Source: a virus
IMG/VR virus record: IMGVR_UViG_3300033149_003931
Coordinates: 1 to 64,000 of that record
Length of the DNA stretch: 64,000 nt
Strand: one strand, 5' to 3'
A program made the translations under genes and the position numbers. Below the pieces are notes generated by a model. That model was not told where the DNA came from and searched no databases. It saw only the letters and a list, made by a program, of their open reading frames with translations. Of the stretch, positions 37,095 through 44,963 are shown piece after piece (position 1 is the stretch's first letter; each line of letters starts with the position of its first letter).

Positions 37095-37450
37095 GGGCAG
37101 ACTTGATACTTACCTGTGCGGTGGAACGTCCTCCGGAGGCAGCCTCGGGAATCGCTCCGCTCTCCCTCGGCGCCTTCCGGTTCTGATCCGTCTATTCTGG
37201 ACAGGAATCTGGACAATATGTCCAGTTACCGGATTCGTCCACTATTTAGTGGACATTACCAGTTATTTATGGGGTACCAGCAAGCCTGACCGCCTGCTGG
37301 CGGTAGACTTCCGGCATATTCGGAATGGGGCCCAGATCCGGAAGAGAGGCCTACAGAAGGCATCCTGAAGCGATTGGAGGCTATAATCGTGTCATAATCT
37401 GAAGCGTTTAGAGATCCAAATCGGGGCGACGGCGTAGCCGGAGACACGTA
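37095..37450 (+). ncRNA. Candidate large multibranch ncRNA B (unknown family)
   Basis: GC-rich island with nested stems CTCCGG/CCGGAG, AGCCTC/GAGGCT, AATCGCT/AGCGATT, GCCTTC/GAAGGC plus internal hairpins. Confidence 0.55.
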
Positions 37451-37505
37451 TTTGATAGGAATATAGCCTGTAATAGGGAATTATAAGGAATATGGGTGGA
37501 AGACC

Positions 37506-37603
37506 TGCTGGAGGGTAGGATTTTTACCTACTAGCTTGTCGTTGATTGCTTAAAGACTTGAAGTACAGATTACTCCGTGCGTGTTCATCACGCCACCTCT
37601 GGC
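37506..37603 (-). ncRNA. Degenerate tRNA-like element
   Basis: GGTGGCG..CGC D-arm-like, GTAGG-TAAAAAT-CCTAC T-arm-like, closing stem; no valid anticodon arm or TTC loop. Confidence 0.35.
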
Positions 37604-37733
37604 AAGGCTTTCTTTGGTCAGACGGTGCTTTCCCAACATCACATTAAGCAGTTATCATATGTTCTGTTTAACTTCCTTATCCCACCGCCGAAATCCGGAA
37701 GAATTAGATAGTTGGGAGTCTAATATAAATAAT

Positions 37734-38081
37734 CTACATATTTCTTAACTGATCGCCGGCTTTTGATCCACGAATACCTGAATTATTTAACACGATTAAA
37801 CTCGGTGATATTTCAGAATACTTTTTAAGAATATCTCCATGACAGGGTTTGGGGGCGCACCAACAGGCGATTACCTTGTTTCTAAGTTCTGGGAGGGCCT
37901 TAAGGAGATCCGGGCGGGATAAAAGGTATTTCTCGTATTTTTGAATGACTTCGGCACGATCACCGTCTTTTCCAATAACGAAGGGATTAGCCCATTTACT
38001 ATTGATAGGAAATCGAGGATTCCAACGTCCAATATAAATATCAAATTTTTCTCTATAACAATGAACTATTTTAATTGACAT
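37734..38081 (-). CDS. DUF4326 domain protein
   Basis: DIYIGR...SKW.NPF.IGKDG.R.EVI..Y...L.CWCAPKPCHGD.L. Confidence 0.88.
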   Translation of the reverse strand: MSIKIVHCYREKFDIYIGRWNPRFPINSKWANPFVIGKDGDRAEVIQKYEKYLLSRPDLLKALPELRNKVIACWCAPKPCHGDILKKYSEISPSLIVLNNSGIRGSKAGDQLRNM

Positions 38082-38181
38082 ATTTTCTCCAAATATTGAT
38101 TAGTTTGCGGCTTTTCCGCAAGAAAGATATATTTTATGGTTTTGTCAATCTTAGACTGAGTTTTATCTAAAAGTTTTATAG

Positions 38182-38400
38182 TCATTTTGCTTTTGCCTTA
38201 ATAATATTTGTTAATGCTCGAACAGCGTCAGCACACGAGACACCACATTGTCCCAAACCTTTGGCTACTGTAATAATACTGGATTCAATAACCTCATCGG
38301 AAATGTCAGATAAATCATAACCAAAGTCTTTAAGAGATTTTCGGATATTCTTTAATATTTTCTTTCGTCTGAATTCCTGTAATTTTTTTATTATAAACAT
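38182..38400 (-). CDS. Hypothetical protein
   Basis: AAAGGAG SD. Confidence 0.6.
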   Translation of the reverse strand: MFIIKKLQEFRRKKILKNIRKSLKDFGYDLSDISDEVIESSIITVAKGLGQCGVSCADAVRALTNIIKAKAK

Positions 38401-38909
38401 TTGGATCTCCTTTGTTCATCATATTTAAACATTAAACCTTGTAATTCCAAAGTCCTACAGCTTGAAAGCCGTTTTAAAAGCTTTTGTTTAAAATTAACAT
38501 TACTATATTCATTATGTAGGCTTCTTGCCCTTCGTTCAACCCAAATTGCATCAACGGATCGGCTTTTACCAAGATAAACAAAGAGACCATATTTTTTATT
38601 TGTTCTATCAATCCACTGTTTTGCGACCCCGACTAAACTTTCCGGAACGCATAAAGCAAATTTATTAGTCCGACCTATCGGCCAATGATCGTGCTTATTA
38701 CAACCACATTCGACTTTTCTCTCTTCGCCGTTTAATAAGTCACTCTTGGTAACTTTTATTTCCACTTCCATTGTCCATTTACCTGTATCCACCAAAATAT
38801 CTGTAATAAAAAATCCACTATATATTTCATCCGCACAAATCCACTGTCTTTTGTATCGGAAGTAATCCATCAAACCATACTTTAGATGTAGGGAGGTAAT
38901 TTTTTGCAT
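38391..38909 (-). CDS. MmcB-like PD-(D/E)XK endonuclease
   Basis: E.....DI......EVEIKVTKSDL, F..CVPE.L, YGL. Confidence 0.7.
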   Translation of the reverse strand: MQKITSLHLKYGLMDYFRYKRQWICADEIYSGFFITDILVDTGKWTMEVEIKVTKSDLLNGEERKVECGCNKHDHWPIGRTNKFALCVPESLVGVAKQWIDRTNKKYGLFVYLGKSRSVDAIWVERRARSLHNEYSNVNFKQKLLKRLSSCRTLELQGLMFKYDEQRRSKCL

Positions 38910-38944
38910 AAGTTTCTTTTAGGTTTAATTAATATTAGAAATGC

Positions 38945-39208
38945 CTAGTCTGACTATGCTTTTTTAACACAGAATAAACCATAAACGATTGTATAACCCC
39001 ATACTGTATGTGTCCGTATGCGACTGAGCTGATTGTTATACTACCCAAACCTGTTGGTGTTACGTGTCCCACGCCTCTCGCTTTAACCTTCAGGTATCCC
39101 GACGATTTGTTTATGGTATCAGACCACGCGCTACTCACCCGAATTTCTTGTATGTGATTCGAACTTATAAAGAGAGATAACCTCGGGCCTAAGCCTTGTC
39201 TGTCTGAT
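38945..39208 (-). ncRNA. Candidate structured ncRNA C (unknown family)
   Basis: ATCAGAC/GTCTGAT, CCCGAG/TTCGGG, ACCATAAAC/GTTTATGGT, ACCTG/CAGGT, GTATAAC/GTTATAC, CATAC/GTATG; G-U pairs favour the minus strand. Confidence 0.55.
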
Positions 39209-39209
39209 G

Positions 39210-39713
39210 TTAACTCTCCTTAGCATGATGAATCGTTTGCTGAGAATCTAACCAAATGGCTGTATTAATCAATATTTGGTTTACCTCATTGGAGTATTTG
39301 AATCTCTTTTGATTTATTTCAATACTTTTTAAAAGATTGCCGTCATTATGCCGCATAGAGGCCGCTTTCCAATCACAAATTAATTCGATTAAATCAATTA
39401 ATGTCATATCTTTAATACCATTAACATGATGTTCTGGATGATGGCGGTTGTTAGCGTGGTGATGTTCAACAGCCGGCTTTAATTTTTTCATACACTTTTT
39501 ATATTCTGTGGAACCATAAGTAATCCCTCGAAGCTCTTTAGTATACTTATCAAAAATCTCTATTTCCGGAGTTTGTAATTTGGTCTGATCGTGATGCTCT
39601 CCCCGGAATAAGATTTCTTTTACAACAGTATTCAAATAATTTCTTACAGTTTCCATGTGACGCATAGTTTTGAAAATTGAAATTTCTTTAATTTTCATTG
39701 ACTTTTCCTCCAA
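39210..39713 (-). CDS. DUF5662 family HD-like protein
   Basis: T..H...V, HD.TKL..PE, HH...NRHHPEH, M.L.DL.E..CDW.AA. Confidence 0.8.
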   Translation of the reverse strand: MEEKSMKIKEISIFKTMRHMETVRNYLNTVVKEILFRGEHHDQTKLQTPEIEIFDKYTKELRGITYGSTEYKKCMKKLKPAVEHHHANNRHHPEHHVNGIKDMTLIDLIELICDWKAASMRHNDGNLLKSIEINQKRFKYSNEVNQILINTAIWLDSQQTIHHAKES

Positions 39714-39801
39714 GCTAACCGGAGAACATAGATAAAGCCTCCGTATTTGTGCTTTTTAAATTCACCCGGAATTCTTTTAAAAAAATTTATTATTTTTATA
39801 A

Positions 39802-40257
39802 TTAATTCCAATCAATTACCGTAACATTTGGACAGTATGTTTCAAGAATTGGCCTAACTTGTGACCACGCTAATTTACCACAACCACAACCCACCTTTGG
39901 TATATACACAGGACGATTAATCCCGTAAGCAGTGCGTTCTTCCAATGTTTGAGGCTTTATGGCTCGATTCAAAAGTTGTGCGCTTCGAGTAATCAATTTT
40001 AAATCCGCAGGAGCCTTCCAATAATATTTAACGGGGAAAGTAATGATTGCTTGTTTATGAAAATACCCGGGAACATTTCCAATAGTAGATAAATGCCAGC
40101 CCAATAAAAGGGGAAACTTTGGATATTTTTGTTTTGTTTGAAGAGCTAAACCTCGCCCCATGACAGCTTTGCCTTGCTTCGTAATAAACCCATTGGTCGG
40201 AACTACAACATATCCTTTTAGGTGGTATTCCCAAATGTTACCTTTAATTATCCGCAT
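39802..40257 (-). CDS. Macro domain (ADP-ribose binding) protein
   Basis: VVPTNG......AVMGRG.A, FPVK..W...ADL.LI, P.VGCG.G.L.W..V. Confidence 0.85.
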   Translation of the reverse strand: MRIIKGNIWEYHLKGYVVVPTNGFITKQGKAVMGRGLALQTKQKYPKFPLLLGWHLSTIGNVPGYFHKQAIITFPVKYYWKAPADLKLITRSAQLLNRAIKPQTLEERTAYGINRPVYIPKVGCGCGKLAWSQVRPILETYCPNVTVIDWN

Positions 40258-40413
40258 CTTTAAACTCCTGCTTAAGTTTATTAAAAAAATTAGTCATAAA
40301 ATTAATGGAATTATTCTTAACTGATAAACTTCGAATATCTTGTTTACAAATATAACAATAGGTTCCAAGAATATACCCTCCGCATAAAGGACAAATATGT
40401 GCCTCAGTCATCT

Positions 40414-40947
40414 TTAAAACTCCTGTAACATTCTTCGATAAATAAGAAAAGTATTTCTAGCGTCATCACATGCTTGATGTTTCTTACCTTTGAATTCCAT
40501 ATTAAATTTTATTAGGGCTTTGGATAAGCCTGCCTGATATTGTTGATTACGGGCAAACCTTAAAGAAACAAAAATAGTTTTCGCGTCAATCCAGCGTCTT
40601 CCAAATAAGTAAATTTCATCATCTGAATAATTTAATTGTTTTTTAAGTTCAATAGAATCACCACCGCCCCAGCATAAACAATTCCGGAAACATTCATGAC
40701 GTTTGTGCATTTGGGTTAATTGTTCATATGCTTGTTCAAGACTAATTCCCCGATCTGTATCTTTTTGTCGAATTCCCGTAAGATTTATGATATATTCACT
40801 AATTTGTTCATCAACCTTAATATGAGCGGAATATTCTTCTAAGATTTCCCCGGAATCCAAATTACCTACAACAGCCCCAACCTGAATAATTGATCCAGAG
40901 GGCTGATTGTGTTCCAAATCTAAGGCTATAAAATTACGATTAATCAT
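40414..40947 (-). CDS. DEDDh 3'-5' exonuclease
   Basis: ALDLE, IIQVGA, LTGI, WG.GD, H.A.DDA.NT. Confidence 0.9.
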   Translation of the reverse strand: MINRNFIALDLEHNQPSGSIIQVGAVVGNLDSGEILEEYSAHIKVDEQISEYIINLTGIRQKDTDRGISLEQAYEQLTQMHKRHECFRNCLCWGGGDSIELKKQLNYSDDEIYLFGRRWIDAKTIFVSLRFARNQQYQAGLSKALIKFNMEFKGKKHQACDDARNTFLIYRRMLQEF

Positions 40948-41519
40948 TTTTTATAAACCAACATATATTCTGAACTCTGAAGTAAGTACAAATAAAGGAG
41001 ATGTGTTGTTAGCTCAGTATGCGTTTTTGTACCGAAGGTCACACATAAAACTTCTTTGTACCAGTAAGCAACCCGATTAATACAAATCTCGGCCCGGGGC
41101 CATTCCAAATAACGACCAAAAAGCTGAATCCCCGTCAACCATGTTAAGGTCTTACCAAGGATATTTAATACATCATATCCCCGGCCAATATCTTCAAGAG
41201 CGATTGTTTTCAAAGTCTGTAATTGTTCACTTGTTAAATTCCTTTTACGAAAGATAATCTGGTGAGTCTTTGGATTCCAATCAGCCAGTTCTACCTTAGT
41301 CTGTTGTTCGATAATATCCGTCTTACCCGTGAAACCACTAAAACCGTTATTAATTATCATAGCAACATGATAATAGTTTACTATGTCCTGTTTTCGAATA
41401 ATCGCCCGCCAAAGATACTGGTACCATGTTGGGGCGGTCATAAAAAATTTAACAATCTTTGCAGCAGTTTTATTCGAGTCCTCTAAAATAATATCACCTA
41501 TCTGAGGCACATAATCCAT
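40944..41519 (-). CDS. Permuted papain-like NlpC/P60 (YiiX/YaeF-like) amidase
   Basis: GDIIL, YHVAM, IG..YD, IC...VA..Y (His before Cys). Confidence 0.65.
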   Translation of the reverse strand: MDYVPQIGDIILEDSNKTAAKIVKFFMTAPTWYQYLWRAIIRKQDIVNYYHVAMIINNGFSGFTGKTDIIEQQTKVELADWNPKTHQIIFRKRNLTSEQLQTLKTIALEDIGRGYDVLNILGKTLTWLTGIQLFGRYLEWPRAEICINRVAYWYKEVLCVTFGTKTHTELTTHLLYLYLLQSSEYMLVYKK

Positions 41520-41787
41520 GATCTCTCCTTTGTTCTTTTCCGCATACCGGGCAAATGATCTCTCCGGCAGAGATTAAAGAATCACAATGAATACAGGTTG
41601 TGGTTTCATTTTCCATCATTTAAACTCTTTTTAAATTTTTCCAAAACTCGATTTTTTATAAAAAAGGACATTGAATAATCTGTATTCTTTTTTACTTCCT
41701 TGTTATCTAAATATAATGTTAATTTTCCCTTTTCAGAAACCAGAACAAAATGAATAATAGGTATTTTTGCCATAACCCAATCTCCTG

Positions 41788-42012
41788 TTAATTATCTTTA
41801 CAGTGTAAAAATTGATAAACAATATTATCTAAAGTTTCTTTATTGCGATTATGACACATCAATAAATGTAATGCCGTATCTATTGAATCCACTTGAAGTA
41901 TTAACGCATAAATTCTTTCTGTTGAAGCCAGATTAAAATACACATGAATCGCTTTTGAAATTTGTTTTAATTCTGTACGTGTAAACTTAAAGAGTATTTT
42001 TCTTTCATTCAT
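41788..42012 (-). CDS. Hypothetical protein
   Basis: Co-oriented ORF. Confidence 0.5.
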   Translation of the reverse strand: MNERKILFKFTRTELKQISKAIHVYFNLASTERIYALILQVDSIDTALHLLMCHNRNKETLDNIVYQFLHCKDN

Positions 42013-42158
42013 AATAAATAGACAGAGAGTCTTTGGTTGTTAATTAATTTTTTCTATCGTTTTACCTTCAGCATTAAGTAAATAAACAATTTTATTTGTA
42101 TAAATTGTTTGAGTAGACCTTTTATTTTCAGGGACAATTTTAATCATTACTCGATATT

Positions 42159-42341
42159 TCATAATAAGTTCATCCCATCATTTGAAAGCGCGACCATAAC
42201 TATTACCGGATTTTCTTCGGCAGAGATACCCACACTTAAGGTTGTTGGCGAAACGGACGCCCCTAAATAACCATATTTTAATACGAGGGCCAAGAGCTCC
42301 TGTTCAAATGCTTTGGTTTTTCCATCTTTCTTTTTAGGCAT
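42159..42341 (-). CDS. Hypothetical protein
   Basis: Co-oriented ORF, AGGA SD. Confidence 0.5.
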   Translation of the reverse strand: MPKKKDGKTKAFEQELLALVLKYGYLGASVSPTTLSVGISAEENPVIVMVALSNDGMNLL

Positions 42342-42350
42342 AATAAAATC

Positions 42351-42602
42351 CTATTCTTGAGTCGTTAATTCTTTAATAACTTTTGCCAGAAGAATTTCTC
42401 GGGCCTCTTTTATTTTTACGGTATCTCGGATATTCTCAGGTGCAATATACTGAAGGGTTCCATAAAAGAGTCCTTGATAAGCTGCTTCCAAAATATAAAA
42501 TCCACCTAAACAAGTTTGAGGAAACTTTTTAACCCGTTTTCCTTTACTGTTTATATAAAGCAAACCCTCTTCCAAAATATTAATATCTTTTTTTAAGAGC
42601 AT
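42351..42602 (-). CDS. Hypothetical protein
   Basis: GGAGG SD within the upstream gene. Confidence 0.55.
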   Translation of the reverse strand: MLLKKDINILEEGLLYINSKGKRVKKFPQTCLGGFYILEAAYQGLFYGTLQYIAPENIRDTVKIKEAREILLAKVIKELTTQE

Positions 42603-43591
42603 AATTCCTCCGGTGTTACTACCGCTGTACCCATTTTGGAAACGACTATGCCAGCAGCTTTGTTAGCGAGTTTCGCTGCATCTAAGGGTTTCATTCTCAC
42701 GGATAAAGCTAAGGTATAAACCGCAATAACAGTATCTCCCGCTCCGGTGACATCAACAATATCTTGTTTTTCCGCAGATAAATGATTAACCCCATCATCT
42801 GAGAATAGGCATACACCTTGAGAGCTCATTGTTATCAAAAGTGTTTCTAACTCATAAGTCGTTCGTATAACCGCACCACGAAATTTAAGTTGATTTATTT
42901 CATGTGAATATTTATCCTTGCCTAAAATAGCAAATTCGGTAAGATTTGGGGTTATTGCAGTAAAATGCCGGAATAATTCCAAATCTGTTTTATGCGTATC
43001 TGCCGTAACAATCTTCTTATATTGCTTCTGTAAACAACTTATATGTTGTAAAAGCTCAGGATATACAACCCCTTTGTTGTAATCTGAAATAATAATAGCA
43101 TCAAAATATCTCATATGTCTATCCAAGTTTGCATGAAGAGCCTCTTTAAATTCAAGATTCTCTTCAACAGATGTTTTATTCTCATAATCAACCCTGAGTA
43201 ATTGATGATTCTCTGAAATAAACCGAGTTTTGATACTGGTTGGAACAGTTGTGTCTTTCATTAAGAGATCAATATTAATCTTTGATAAACTCAACAAATT
43301 CTTAATAACTAAGCCCGCCGGATCATCTCCAATACGCCCAATAAGCCAAACCTTTGCTCCAAGACTACTGAGGTTTCTTGCAACATTAGTGGCCCCACCT
43401 AACCGATAATACTGTTTCTTTTTATCAAGGATTGGAATTGGCGCTTCGGGCGAGACTCGTGTTACCGAGCCTTCGATATATTCATCTAAGATCACATCTC
43501 CAATCACCAAAATTTTTTGATTAGAAAAATCAATCAGATGTCGTTTCTTATACCTTATCATAGCTTTTTTATGTTTTTGCATATCACACAT
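42593..43591 (-). CDS. rfaE1: D-glycero-beta-D-manno-heptose-7-phosphate kinase (RfaE/HldE domain I, PfkB family)
   Basis: VIGDVILDEY..G.V.RVSPEAPIP, GGA.NVA.N, QLLRVD.E, ISDY.KG, TPN..E, DVTGAGDTV, AN.AAG.VV.K.GTA.V. Confidence 0.92.
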   Translation of the reverse strand: MCDMQKHKKAMIRYKKRHLIDFSNQKILVIGDVILDEYIEGSVTRVSPEAPIPILDKKKQYYRLGGATNVARNLSSLGAKVWLIGRIGDDPAGLVIKNLLSLSKINIDLLMKDTTVPTSIKTRFISENHQLLRVDYENKTSVEENLEFKEALHANLDRHMRYFDAIIISDYNKGVVYPELLQHISCLQKQYKKIVTADTHKTDLELFRHFTAITPNLTEFAILGKDKYSHEINQLKFRGAVIRTTYELETLLITMSSQGVCLFSDDGVNHLSAEKQDIVDVTGAGDTVIAVYTLALSVRMKPLDAAKLANKAAGIVVSKMGTAVVTPEELCS

Positions 43592-43825
43592 TTATTTTCT
43601 CATTTCCTTTTCATAATAGTCAGAGTCTTTATTTAAGCGGGATTTCCCGTCTTTATTCATATTCCAAGGATCAGAAACCTCTTTCATAATCGGTAAGATT
43701 TCCTTATCCTGTTCTAAGGCTACTTTAGATTTTCGTCTTAATCTTCGATTATTTTTCCGCTTATCGAATTTTTCACTATCCCCACCATGACCAGAAAAGG
43801 GACGGTTTTTTCTTGACCTACTCAT
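43592..43825 (-). CDS. Small basic conserved hypothetical protein
   Basis: MSRSRK..P.....SEK.DK...NRR.RR...S.PW.M.KDGK. Confidence 0.75.
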   Translation of the reverse strand: MSRSRKNRPFSGHGGDSEKFDKRKNNRRLRRKSKVALEQDKEILPIMKEVSDPWNMNKDGKSRLNKDSDYYEKEMRK

Positions 43826-43835
43826 GTCTTCTCCA

Positions 43836-43864
43836 AGTATACCATATTAATTTTGATTTGTCAA
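43836..43864 (-). promoter_or_regulatory. Sigma70-type promoter
   Basis: TTGACA-N17-TATACT with TG; shares AATATGGTATACT with the 55197 promoter. Confidence 0.8.
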
Positions 43865-44127
43865 GAAATATCTTTGGCAACTCGCCAAGCAATTGCCTGA
43901 CGGCCCTCTTTCTTAACATAAGCCTTTTTGACTAAGCCTTTACCTCTAAGTTCTTTGACCCTCGGAGTAACACAATTAATTGGCAGTCCGGTAAGGTGGG
44001 CTATCTCCAAATTGGTTACCGGAAAAGGATGGTTAATTAAGGCTTTCATAACCTGTGCTTGTTGCTTATTAATCTTTCCGGTTTTAATTAAGTCTTCATA
44101 TGATATAAAAAACGTATTTTGTAACAT
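43861..44127 (-). CDS. Winged-helix DNA-binding protein
   Basis: T..EIA..TGLPIN.VTPRV.EL...GLV. Confidence 0.8.
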   Translation of the reverse strand: MLQNTFFISYEDLIKTGKINKQQAQVMKALINHPFPVTNLEIAHLTGLPINCVTPRVKELRGKGLVKKAYVKKEGRQAIAWRVAKDIS

Positions 44128-44160
44128 TTGATTCCTCCTATTATGTGTTATAATTGACGT

Positions 44161-44604
44161 TTAAGTCAACTTTGACTTATATTCACCCGGGTTTAATTTC
44201 CGGGACTCTGTAATACGGTAACTGTCTTCATCTTTATGCGTCGTTGAAATCTCAAGAATTTTAGAAGCAAAAGTTCGAGAACGGAATTTATGAGCAAGAT
44301 ATGGTTTGATTCTTATTTGATCTTTGTGTTTTAAAACTCTCATCTTTATTTTGGTTAAGTCAATTGAGGCTGTGGCTTGGAGAATATTTCCCTTCACTGA
44401 CCATTTACTATCAGCAGATTTCCTTAAATCAAGATAGTATAATTCTACCTCGCCACAAAGAATATAAAATGTTTCATCTTTTTTAATATGATAGTGTAAA
44501 CTGCACTCATAACCGCTATTTAGATTGAGATATTTTGAACAGTAGAATTCAGTATTTATTAACCAATCTTCACTACCCCAGATTTTTTCAACATGGTTAA
44601 TCAT
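44161..44604 (-). CDS. Cupin-fold sugar-phosphate isomerase-like protein (mannose-6-phosphate isomerase type II-like)
   Basis: VEK.WG.E.W..N..FYC.K, SLHYH..KDETFY.L.G, H.F, LE.ST.H..EDSYR. Confidence 0.8.
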   Translation of the reverse strand: MINHVEKIWGSEDWLINTEFYCSKYLNLNSGYECSLHYHIKKDETFYILCGEVELYYLDLRKSADSKWSVKGNILQATASIDLTKIKMRVLKHKDQIRIKPYLAHKFRSRTFASKILEISTTHKDEDSYRITESRKLNPGEYKSKLT

Positions 44605-44743
44605 TGATCTTCTCCTTTACTCCAATTTCTTAGAATGTTTTCTGCTTCATGAATAACACCCGAAGATTTTGATAATGTTCCCGTTATGAATAATCGGTAA
44701 TATACTGGTATTAATAGGATTGAAATTATAAAGATAATCCAGA

Positions 44744-44959
44744 TCATGTTAATTCTTTTTTAATCATAGCATTTATTACTTCAAGAGTTTTCTTACAATA
44801 AATCTGAATGGCTTGAATTTTATGTCTATCTGAATCGAAAGTTTGAGTAATCGTTAGTATGTGTTTCATTGGTTGTACGCAGGCCGCATCTAAACTCTTT
44901 GTAAGAGCATTTTTCATCTTTGGTGTAATTTTTACTGACACGCCTAAATCTTTTCCCAT
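44744..44959 (-). CDS. Hypothetical protein
   Basis: GGAGG SD. Confidence 0.55.
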   Translation of the reverse strand: MGKDLGVSVKITPKMKNALTKSLDAACVQPMKHILTITQTFDSDRHKIQAIQIYCKKTLEVINAMIKKELT

Positions 44960-44963
44960 TAGA

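Noticed and set aside
37106-37116. ATACTTACCTG identical to the U1 snRNA 5' end
   Set aside because: 11-nt match only, no U1 stem-loops or Sm site; most likely chance
37330-37352. SRP helix 8-like CAGATCCGGAAG
   Set aside because: Lacks the GGAAGCAG partner strand; does not form the SRP motif
38945-38965. Group I intron S-like sequence AAAGCATAGTC
   Set aside because: No upstream GACTA R element for P7 and no interrupted gene; the sequence is part of a local palindrome
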